DNA from: Thermovibrio sp.
Lineage (GTDB): Bacteria > Aquificota > Aquificia > Desulfurobacteriales > Desulfurobacteriaceae
DNA length: 24,000 bases
Assembly (NCBI GenBank): GCA_015488335.1
Contig: WFNZ01000067.1
Coordinates: 1 to 24,000 of the forward strand
Direction: 5' to 3'
The notes below the pieces were generated by a model. It ran no database searches. It was not told where the DNA came from and saw nothing but the letters and a program-made list of their open reading frames with translations. The position numbers were made by a program, and so were the translations under genes. Below are positions 17,445 through 24,000 of the stretch, piece by piece. The stretch's first letter is position 1. The number at the start of each line of letters is the position of its first letter.

Positions 17445-18265
17445 AGGAGAGACTTGTCGGAGCTCTCATTGTTTTCCTCTACACTCTCATGCTGTTTTTA
17501 GTTCCCCGCCCCTTCTACTATCTGCTTATCTACTTTCTGGGAGCTCTTTCCGTTATGGAGCTTTTTAACCTTTCCCGTTTAGAGCGTTACCAAACAGTAG
17601 CCCTTCTCATCTTCTCTCTCCTTTTCCTCTTATTCGTTTATATTCCACAGTTGATAAAACTTCTCAGTTACTTCTATACGAGCCTCGCAATCTCTTTCTA
17701 CTCAGGAACTTTTCTATCTTCACTTTTAATGCTTTCTCCTTTTTTAATCTCCCTCTCTCTCTTCACTTATGCTCTTATACTTGACGGAACAGTTGATAAA
17801 GATTTCTTTGTTGTTCTTGCTTTCTTCGTCTACCTTACTTTCGGACTCCTTTCTGTTGCTGGCCTTTCTAAAAGGCTTCTGCTCCTACTCGTCTCTATAG
17901 TCTGGTCAACCGATACGTTTGCTTACCTTGTGGGTAGGTATTTTGGAAGAAGAAAACTCATTCCTTCTGTAAGTCCTAAAAAGACCGTTGAGGGTTCTAT
18001 CGGCGGTTCTCTTGTCGGAACTATTATCTCCTACATTTTGGCCGTTAAACTTTTCATTCTACCTTCTGGATTTTTAACTCTCCTTCTTCTGTTTCTCCTT
18101 ACCCTAATTTCTCAGGTAGGAGACCTTTTTGAGAGTTCCTTGAAGAGGGTTTTTGGCGTGAAGGACTCCGGTAATGTTATTCCCGGCCACGGTGGTGTCC
18201 TTGATAGAATAGACAGCACTTTGGCGGTAGCTCCTGTTTTATTCATTCTTGGAGGTGTCGGTTGA
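17441..18265 (+). CDS. cdsA: Phosphatidate cytidylyltransferase
   Basis: This is a polytopic membrane protein with the CdsA signature SPKKTVEGSIGG ... GDLFESSLKRVFGVKDSGNVIPGHGGVLDRIDS. It has an ATGA overlap with uppS. Confidence 0.85.
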   Translation: MKERLVGALIVFLYTLMLFLVPRPFYYLLIYFLGALSVMELFNLSRLERYQTVALLIFSLLFLLFVYIPQLIKLLSYFYTSLAISFYSGTFLSSLLMLSPFLISLSLFTYALILDGTVDKDFFVVLAFFVYLTFGLLSVAGLSKRLLLLLVSIVWSTDTFAYLVGRYFGRRKLIPSVSPKKTVEGSIGGSLVGTIISYILAVKLFILPSGFLTLLLLFLLTLISQVGDLFESSLKRVFGVKDSGNVIPGHGGVLDRIDSTLAVAPVLFILGGVG

Positions 18266-19254
18266 AGATGGAAAAAGTTGAAATAGGTCACGGAAGCGGT
18301 GGAAAGCTTACGAGAGAGTTAATAGAGGAAGTTTTCCTGAAATACTTTAACTTCCCCGAGCTCCATACTCTTCAGGACGCAACATACCTTCCCGGAATTT
18401 CAAGAATTGCTGTAACTACAGATTCTTACGTTGTAAGGCCCCTCTTTTTCCCGGGTGGAGACATTGGAAAACTCTCCATCTCTGGAACCGTTAACGACCT
18501 TACAGTCAGCGGAGCTCTCCCCCGCTATATTACTGCCGGCTTTATCGTTGAAGAGGGTCTTCCCATTGAAACACTTGAGAGAATTGTCTCTTCTATGGCA
18601 GAAACTGCCAAAACTGCCGGTGTTAAAATCGTTGCGGGAGACACAAAAGTTGTTGAAAAGGGAAAGTGCGACGGCATCTACATAAACACTGCCGGAGTTG
18701 GTGAGGTTGTGAGGGAGCTCTCCCCCAAACTGATTAAACCGGGAGACAGTGTAATAGTGACCGGATTTGTTGGAGACCACGGAGTTGCCATCTCACTTGC
18801 CAGAGAGGAGTTTGATGTTGAAACTCCCGTTGAGAGTGACTGCGCCCCTTTAAACTCTCTTCTTACCCCTCTCTTTAAACTCCCAGGCCTTCGTTTTATG
18901 AGAGATCCCACCCGAGGAGGTCTTGCAACAGTTCTTGTGGAGCTCTCTGACTCTTCCGGCTTTGGAGTGAGAGTCTATGAAGACAGAGTTCCAGTAAGAG
19001 AAGAGGTGCGTTTTATCTGTGATATGTTAGGGTATGACCCTCTATACCTTGCAAACGAAGGTAAGGCAGTTATTGTTGTTTCTCCGGAAGATACTGATGA
19101 AGCCCTTGAAATCCTGCACTCAAATCCTTTAGGTAAGGATGCTTCCGTTATCGGTGAAGTTGTTTCAGATCCAGGTGTTACACTTGTAACTTCTATTGGG
19201 GGTGTTAGAAGGCTTGAGCTCCTTGAGGAAGATCCCCTCCCCAGAATATGCTAA
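18262..19254 (+). CDS. hypE: [NiFe]-hydrogenase maturation protein HypE (carbamoyl dehydratase)
   Basis: The sequence has an AIR-synthase-like fold (GHGSGGKLTREL, GDTKVV). The HypE-specific C-terminal PRIC motif ends the protein. The start is either TTG 18262 or ATG 18268, after GGAGGTG at 18251-18257. It overlaps the cdsA stop. Confidence 0.9.
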   Translation: MKMEKVEIGHGSGGKLTRELIEEVFLKYFNFPELHTLQDATYLPGISRIAVTTDSYVVRPLFFPGGDIGKLSISGTVNDLTVSGALPRYITAGFIVEEGLPIETLERIVSSMAETAKTAGVKIVAGDTKVVEKGKCDGIYINTAGVGEVVRELSPKLIKPGDSVIVTGFVGDHGVAISLAREEFDVETPVESDCAPLNSLLTPLFKLPGLRFMRDPTRGGLATVLVELSDSSGFGVRVYEDRVPVREEVRFICDMLGYDPLYLANEGKAVIVVSPEDTDEALEILHSNPLGKDASVIGEVVSDPGVTLVTSIGGVRRLELLEEDPLPRIC

Positions 19255-19276
19255 TTTCCCGGAGACTTTATAGCAA

Positions 19277-20053
19277 ATGGAACAGCTCGTTCTGACCATA
19301 GCTATCTCTTATCTGTTTGTCCTCCTGGTCATAGTTTTTGACCTTAAGTTCCATTCCGGGATGTGGAGGGAGCTCCTCTTTTCATCCTTCCTCTCGCTCA
19401 TCCAACTTTTTGCCATAGCCTTTGTTATTCTCTACCTACTGAAACTGAACATCTCCTTTCTTAACTTCGGAGTCGTTCTTCTCTTTTTCTTTAACGCTTC
19501 TCTAATAGCATACCGCCGTTTAAGACCTTTTCCCTACTCAACCTTAAGAGCTTTCTCTACCATTCTCTTTTCTATTTCTATGACCTCTTTCTTTTCCCTA
19601 TTCCTCCTTTATCTTGCTGGAATTCTCAAACCTACTCCAACTTCACTGATTCCACTTGCAGGTATTGTTACGGCTGCCGGGATGAGGAGTCTCTCTCTTG
19701 CCTTTAGGTATTTCAAAACCCGCCTCTTTGACCTTCAGGATATTCTTCTTGGATTGTTCGCCCTTGGAGCTTCTGAGCTTCACGTCTTCAGGTTTCTATT
19801 TAAAAACCTCATTGACGACATAACAGTTCCTGTAAGGGATATGTTTAGATCCGCAGGAATTGTTCACATTCCCGGAGTTATGGTCGGTCTTCTCCTATCG
19901 GGAGTTTTTCCCGTTAAGGCTGCTGCCGTTCAATTTGCCATTTTGAGTACAATGGTTTTCCAGTTCACTTTTACTCCGGCCATTACGCTGTTTCTTTTTG
20001 TTCTACTTTTTGGGTTTAAAATCTACCCCGGAGGAAGCAATGGAGAAGATTAA
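19277..20053 (+). CDS. UPF0014 (FetB/YbbM-like) ABC-type permease-family membrane protein
   Basis: I predict about 7 TM segments and the length is about 258 aa. The blocks IPLAGIVTAAGM and IPGVMVGLLLSGVFPVKAAAVQFAIL resemble the conserved blocks I recall in E. coli FetB (IPIAGM..GN.M; LPGMM.G....G..P..A..YQ). No ATPase partner is adjacent. Confidence 0.6.
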   Translation: MEQLVLTIAISYLFVLLVIVFDLKFHSGMWRELLFSSFLSLIQLFAIAFVILYLLKLNISFLNFGVVLLFFFNASLIAYRRLRPFPYSTLRAFSTILFSISMTSFFSLFLLYLAGILKPTPTSLIPLAGIVTAAGMRSLSLAFRYFKTRLFDLQDILLGLFALGASELHVFRFLFKNLIDDITVPVRDMFRSAGIVHIPGVMVGLLLSGVFPVKAAAVQFAILSTMVFQFTFTPAITLFLFVLLFGFKIYPGGSNGED

Positions 20054-21092
20054 GGAGCTTGTTAATCTAATCCACTCTCTCGCTCCTGAAGATAGGAAAA
20101 TTAAGATAATGAACGTCTGTGGTTCCCACGAGCACACGATTGCCTACAGCGGTTTAAGGTCACTGATGCCAGAAACTGTTGAGCTTGTTCCGGGACCAGG
20201 ATGTCCTGTCTGTGTCTGCTCAGAGAGTGATGTAATAAACGCTATAAACCTATCAAAACGGCCTGATGTTATCCTCTGCACCTACGGAGATATGCTGAGG
20301 GTTCCTACCCGTATAGGCTCTATTCGGTCAAACGGCGGGAACTACAAAATGGTTTCCGCTCCTCACGAAGTTTTAAAAATTGCTGAAGAGAACCTTGACA
20401 AAAAGGTCGTTTTCTTCTCAATTGGATTTGAGACGACGACAGCTCCAACTGCTGCACTCATTGAGACGGGTATTCCTGAGAACCTATTTATCCTAACCTC
20501 TCAAAAGCTCACCCCGGAAATTATGGAAGTTCTGGTTAAGGATTCTGAGGTTGGGGTTGACGCCTTTGTTGCTCCGGGCCACGTTTCGGCAATAGTTGGT
20601 TCAAACGCCTGGAGGGTTTTTCCTGAGAAGTATGGAATACCAACTGTTGTTGCTGGATTTGAACCTGAAAACCTCCTCCTTGCCTTCGTCAGAATCCTTT
20701 ACCAGATAAAAGAAGGGAAGGCTGAGCTTGAAAATGTTTATAAGGGAGTTGTAAGGCCTGAAGGAAACAGGAGAGCTCAGGAGCTTATGTATAAATACTT
20801 TGAGAAAGCAGATGTCAACTGGAGAGGGATAGGAAATATCCCGAAGTCCGGCCTGGAGTTCCGCCCCGAATATGCCCACCTTAACGCAAAAGCCGTCTTT
20901 AACCTTCCCGAGATTAAGGAAGAGAAGATCCCCGGTTGCATATGTGATAGAGTGGTTTTAGGTAAGGCCTATCCAACAGACTGTAAACTCTTTGGAACGG
21001 CGTGTACTCCCAGAAATCCTAAAGGTCCGTGTATGGTCTCTTTAGAGGGAGCCTGCAACATCTGGTTCCGTTCAGGCGTTAAAACAGCTTAG
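20040..21092 (+). CDS. hypD: [NiFe]-hydrogenase maturation protein HypD
   Basis: MNVCGSHEH (the MxVCGGHTH-like motif), GPGCPVCV, FETT, and a C-terminal Cys cluster (PGCICDRV...C..C...GPCMVSLEGAC) are present. The ATG at 20040 lies 5 nt after GGAGG. The track's 14-codon extension overlaps the permease gene. Confidence 0.9.
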   Translation: MEKIKELVNLIHSLAPEDRKIKIMNVCGSHEHTIAYSGLRSLMPETVELVPGPGCPVCVCSESDVINAINLSKRPDVILCTYGDMLRVPTRIGSIRSNGGNYKMVSAPHEVLKIAEENLDKKVVFFSIGFETTTAPTAALIETGIPENLFILTSQKLTPEIMEVLVKDSEVGVDAFVAPGHVSAIVGSNAWRVFPEKYGIPTVVAGFEPENLLLAFVRILYQIKEGKAELENVYKGVVRPEGNRRAQELMYKYFEKADVNWRGIGNIPKSGLEFRPEYAHLNAKAVFNLPEIKEEKIPGCICDRVVLGKAYPTDCKLFGTACTPRNPKGPCMVSLEGACNIWFRSGVKTA

Positions 21093-21105
21093 AGTAGTTG
21101 TTCCT

Positions 21106-22428
21106 ATGGAGTGTAAGGTTTTATTAGTTGAAGACGATGACGTTCAGAGGGAGCTCCTCAAGGAGATACTTTCAGAGGTTGGCTTTAAAGTTCTAACCTC
21201 GTCTACTGCCGAGGGAGCTCTCTCCCTCCTCTCCCGTGAGAACCCGGGAGTTGTCGTTACAGACGTTCGCCTTCCCGGTATAGATGGAATAACCTTCCTA
21301 AAAAAGGTAAAGTCGGAGTTTCCAGAAACAGAGGTTATAGTAATTACGGCTTTCAGCAGTATTGAGGATGCCGTCGGCGCCATAAAGTCCGGCGCTTTCC
21401 ACTACGTTACAAAACCCTTTGATCCTTCCGTTCTTATCAACCTAATTGAGAAGGCCTGTCAGTTAGTTACCCTGCGGAGACAGCCCCCTTCAGAGAGTTC
21501 CGGCATCGTCTACGCATCCCGTCAGATGGAAGAGCTCCTTCGTAAAGCTTCTTTGTATGCAAAGAGCGATGCTCCCGTTCTGATTTTGGGGGAGAGCGGT
21601 GTTGGTAAGGAACTCCTTGCCCGTTACATTCACAGAAAAAGTGGCCGAAGAGGGAAGTTTGTTTCTATAAACTGTGCTGCAATTCCTGAGAACCTTTTTG
21701 AGAGTGAGCTCTTTGGCTACGTAAAGGGAGCCTTTACAGGAGCACTTTCAGACAAACCGGGTCTTTTTGAGGAGGCAGACAAAGGAACCCTCTTTTTAGA
21801 CGAGGTGGGGGAGCTCCCCTTACCTCTGCAGGCAAAACTTCTCAGGGTTCTTCAGGAGGGAGAGGTTCGCCGCCTCGGGAGTAATAGAACTAAAAAAGTT
21901 GATGTAAAGCTCGTTGCTGCAACGAATAGAGATTTGGAAGAGCTGGTCTCACAAGGTAAGTTTAGAGAAGACCTCTACTACAGGCTCAACGTTTTAACCC
22001 TTAAAATCCCTCCTCTGCGGGAAAGGCCTGAAGATATTGTTACCCTTACAGGCTACTTTCTCAAAAAGTTTTCTTTAAAGTACGGAAAAGAAGTGGAAAT
22101 GACTCCTGAAGCTCTTGAGCTTCTTCTCTCTTACCCTTTCCCTGGAAACGTAAGAGAACTTGAAAACCTCATCCACAGACTCGTAATAACTTCAGACGGC
22201 ACGATAAAACCGGAAGACTTGAAAGACCTGACAGATTCAAAACCCCAATCACCTGAAGAAATCACCCTTGACTTCTCCGAGCCGCTTCCTCAGAAAGTAG
22301 CCCGCCTTGAAAAAGCAATGATTGAAGAAGCCCTTAAAAGAACCGGTTACGTACAAACAAAGGCTGCAAAACTCCTCGGAATAGATGAGAAATCTCTCAG
22401 GTATAAGCGGAGGAAGTACGGAATATGA
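21106..22428 (+). CDS. Sigma-54-dependent response regulator (NtrC family: REC-AAA+-Fis HTH)
   Basis: The REC domain has acidic DDD and phospho-acceptor VVVTDVRLPGIDG. The AAA+ domain has Walker A GESGVGKE, the sigma-54 contact loop GAFTGA, and Walker B LFLDEVGE. The C-terminal HTH is TKAAKLLGIDEKSLRYKRRKYGI. Confidence 0.9.
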   Translation: MECKVLLVEDDDVQRELLKEILSEVGFKVLTSSTAEGALSLLSRENPGVVVTDVRLPGIDGITFLKKVKSEFPETEVIVITAFSSIEDAVGAIKSGAFHYVTKPFDPSVLINLIEKACQLVTLRRQPPSESSGIVYASRQMEELLRKASLYAKSDAPVLILGESGVGKELLARYIHRKSGRRGKFVSINCAAIPENLFESELFGYVKGAFTGALSDKPGLFEEADKGTLFLDEVGELPLPLQAKLLRVLQEGEVRRLGSNRTKKVDVKLVAATNRDLEELVSQGKFREDLYYRLNVLTLKIPPLRERPEDIVTLTGYFLKKFSLKYGKEVEMTPEALELLLSYPFPGNVRELENLIHRLVITSDGTIKPEDLKDLTDSKPQSPEEITLDFSEPLPQKVARLEKAMIEEALKRTGYVQTKAAKLLGIDEKSLRYKRRKYGI

Positions 22429-23558
22429 GGAAACTCCTCCTTCCAGCCTCTATTCTCCTTCTCCTTTTCCTGGCAATAGTGGTCAATATTTACGTTCTAC
22501 GGCGGGAGCTCCACCAGTTCTACCTCTCTGTAGTGAGAGAAGAAACGGCAAGGGTTAAATCTGTCGTTGAGGGGACCATAGCCGGTGGAGGTGATCCCGT
22601 TGAAGCCCTTTACTCTTACATGAAAGAGTCTAAACTCCTTAAAGGAGCAACTTTTAGGTTGGAAGGGAGAGAAATTCCCATTCCAGGCTCAGATATTTCG
22701 TCTAATTACTATAGGGAGACTGTAAAGCTTAAACCCTTTACCTTTACTCTCTACTTTAACTTCTCTCTTTTAGATGAGCTAAACAAACATCTAACCTACA
22801 TCTTTTTCTCTCTCCTTATCTTCAGTTCTCTCTTTACCTTTGTTACGGCCTGGATAGTTAAGGAGTATTTCAGAAAACAGCTCTTCTACGAAAGAGAAAG
22901 GCAAGAAAGAGAAAGGCTTGAGAGTATTAACCTTGTTATCCACTCACTCATCCACGAAGTAAAGAATCGGTTAAATACTTTAAGGCTGCTTTCCTACAGA
23001 ATGGGAACCGTCTGTTCCGGTGATACCTGTAAAGACTACCTGAGGAAACTGAAGTCCGAAGTGGATAATCTCGGTAACTACCTTGAAGAGACTGCCGACC
23101 TCAGGCGCCCCATTTCTCTAAAAAAGACCAAAGCTTCTTCCGTTTCTCTTGTAGAGAATGCCGTCTCTAAGTTTGGGGATCTTCTGAGTTCAAGGGGAAT
23201 TGGACTAAAAACCGATGTAGAAAATGTCCAGCTTAACGTTGATCCGGAAAAGATAATCTCTGCACTTGTTGATCTAATTAAAAACAGTTTTGAAGCCTTT
23301 GAAAATAACGGAAAAGGGGAAAAACTAATAAAAGTTTTAGGAAAAAGAGAGGGACGATTTTATGCCTTCTACGTTATGGATAGTGGAGGGGAGCTCCCAA
23401 AGACAGACATCTTTAAACCCTTCTATTCAACCAAGGAGAAGGGTTTTGGCCTTGGCCTCTACAACGTTAAACGGATAGTTGAAGCCCATGGCGGAAAGGT
23501 CTCTGCCTACACAGAGGGAGGCTGGACTGTCTTTAAAATTTCCGTTCCTCTGAGCTGA
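22425..23558 (+). CDS. Membrane sensor histidine kinase, cognate to the sigma-54 regulator
   Basis: Two TM segments (about aa 5-25 and 124-146) flank an extracytoplasmic loop of about 100 aa. The H-box is HSLIHEVKNRLNTL. HATPase_c boxes are present (KNSFEAF, MDSGGELP, GFGLGLYNVKRIVEAHGG). It has an ATGA overlap with the regulator gene. Confidence 0.8.
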   Translation: MRKLLLPASILLLLFLAIVVNIYVLRRELHQFYLSVVREETARVKSVVEGTIAGGGDPVEALYSYMKESKLLKGATFRLEGREIPIPGSDISSNYYRETVKLKPFTFTLYFNFSLLDELNKHLTYIFFSLLIFSSLFTFVTAWIVKEYFRKQLFYERERQERERLESINLVIHSLIHEVKNRLNTLRLLSYRMGTVCSGDTCKDYLRKLKSEVDNLGNYLEETADLRRPISLKKTKASSVSLVENAVSKFGDLLSSRGIGLKTDVENVQLNVDPEKIISALVDLIKNSFEAFENNGKGEKLIKVLGKREGRFYAFYVMDSGGELPKTDIFKPFYSTKEKGFGLGLYNVKRIVEAHGGKVSAYTEGGWTVFKISVPLS

Positions 23559-23572
23559 CGGAGATTTTTCCG
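23559..23572 (+). promoter_or_regulatory. Candidate enhancer (UAS) half-palindrome for the sigma-54 activator
   Basis: CGGAGATTTTTCCG is an imperfect palindrome with half-sites CGGAGA and CGGAAA, lying about 105-120 bp upstream of the -24 element. Related ATTT(T)TCC(G/C) copies end at 23544, 23572 and 23602, spaced about 28-30 bp. An inverted CGGAAA sits at 23492-23497. This rests on pattern only. Confidence 0.3.
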
Positions 23573-23677
23573 ATAGGTTACACACGGGTCGCAAATTTTC
23601 CCTGTGGAAGAAGTGTGGTATTGTTCCTTGATCCTGAAAATCTTTCACATCTTTTGGCTACTTCCTGTTCCAAGAAA

Positions 23678-23692
23678 TGGCACGTTTATTGC
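23678..23692 (+). promoter_or_regulatory. Sigma-54 (-24/-12) promoter
   Basis: TGGCAC-GTTTA-TTGC is an exact match to the TGGCAC-N5-TTGC consensus. It lies 40 bp upstream of the DUF2202 ATG (23732) and immediately downstream of a sigma-54 activator/kinase pair. It is the only full-consensus match I found in the window on either strand. Confidence 0.65.
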
Positions 23693-23731
23693 TCGTTTAA
23701 GTCTGCTGAACCCGTATAAGAGAGGTTGAAG

Positions 23732-24000
23732 ATGAGATTTGAGAGAGTGAAAAAACTGCTTGGAGTTTCAGCTGCCACTGTTTTTCTTTTAGGAGCTCCC
23801 GCACTCCCCTCCCAGAGTCAGCAGACCTACGGCTATTACTACGTCCAGAGCTTACCGAAACAGCCTTTAAGTAAGGAGGAAATTGCCGACCTCCTCCACA
23901 CGAGAGAGGAGGAGAAACTTGCCAGAGACGTTTACCTAACACTTTCAAAGTTCTATCCCCTTTCAGTTTTTAGGAACATAGCCCGTTCTGAGGAACAACA
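23732..24000 (+). CDS. Secreted DUF2202 (ferritin-like superfamily) protein, 3'-truncated by the window edge
   Basis: This ORF is open to the window end, so it is absent from the track. My translation is MRFERVKKLLGVSAATVFLLGAPALPSQSQQ...LSKEEIADLLHTREEEKLARDVYLTLSKFYPLSVFRNIARSEEQ. It has a signal peptide plus the REEEKLARDVY...F.NIA.SE motif I associate with DUF2202. A GAGGT Shine-Dalgarno lies 5 nt upstream. Confidence 0.7.
   Translation, partial: MRFERVKKLLGVSAATVFLLGAPALPSQSQQTYGYYYVQSLPKQPLSKEEIADLLHTREEEKLARDVYLTLSKFYPLSVFRNIARSEEQ

Noticed and set aside
23697-23948. An 83-aa - strand ORF listed in the track
   Set aside because: The opposite strand carries an open-ended ORF with a Shine-Dalgarno, a signal peptide, the DUF2202 motif and a sigma-54 promoter. 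The minus ORF is Arg/Ser/Gly-rich and looks like a shadow.
1-24000. Search for CRISPR arrays, tRNA/rRNA genes, IS elements, integrases, long direct or inverted repeats, and defence or toxin-antitoxin modules
   Set aside because: None was seen. All gaps longer than 60 bp were read on both strands. They contain only promoter, terminator or leader-like sequence. Gene content is housekeeping with uniform composition, so there is no evidence of a mobile or accessory island.

Overview
This is a compact 24-kb chromosomal window that is almost entirely coding. I call 25 protein genes, about 96% of the sequence is coding, and many neighbouring genes overlap by 1-14 nt. The content looks like the core genome of a thermophilic, H2-using, diderm bacterium, based on reverse gyrase, HypD/HypE, LpxI and a type IV pilus secretin. 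An Aquificota-like origin is my guess and is not proven. Gene order on the + strand at the left end is pilQ (5'-truncated), a Cys-rich lipoprotein, then truB. Reverse gyrase follows on the - strand, then an Fe-type alcohol dehydrogenase on the + strand. A long - strand operon comes next: yceD-rpmF-plsX-fabH-fabK-ribH-nusB-lpxI. Two SurA-like chaperone genes follow on the + strand. An 8.4-kb gap-free + strand array then runs metV-metF-uppS-cdsA-hypE-UPF0014 permease-hypD-sigma-54 response regulator-histidine kinase. The window ends with a canonical sigma-54 promoter driving a secreted DUF2202 (ferritin-like) gene that runs off the right edge. I saw no rRNA, tRNA, CRISPR, IS element or prophage signal. 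The most notable observations are: (1) a highly iterated palindrome, RGAGCTCY/GGAGCTCC, about ten-fold (hexamer) to more than fifty-fold (octamer) above random expectation, reminiscent of cyanobacterial HIP1; (2) a self-contained sigma-54 module of enhancer-binding regulator, kinase, candidate UAS, TGGCAC-N5-TTGC promoter and DUF2202 target; (3) a UPF0014/FetB-like permease inserted between and overlapping hypE and hypD; (4) an uncharacterised Cys-rich lipoprotein translationally coupled to the pilQ secretin; (5) an acetogen-type MetV-MetF pair. Nothing here resembles a defence island or mobile accessory region.
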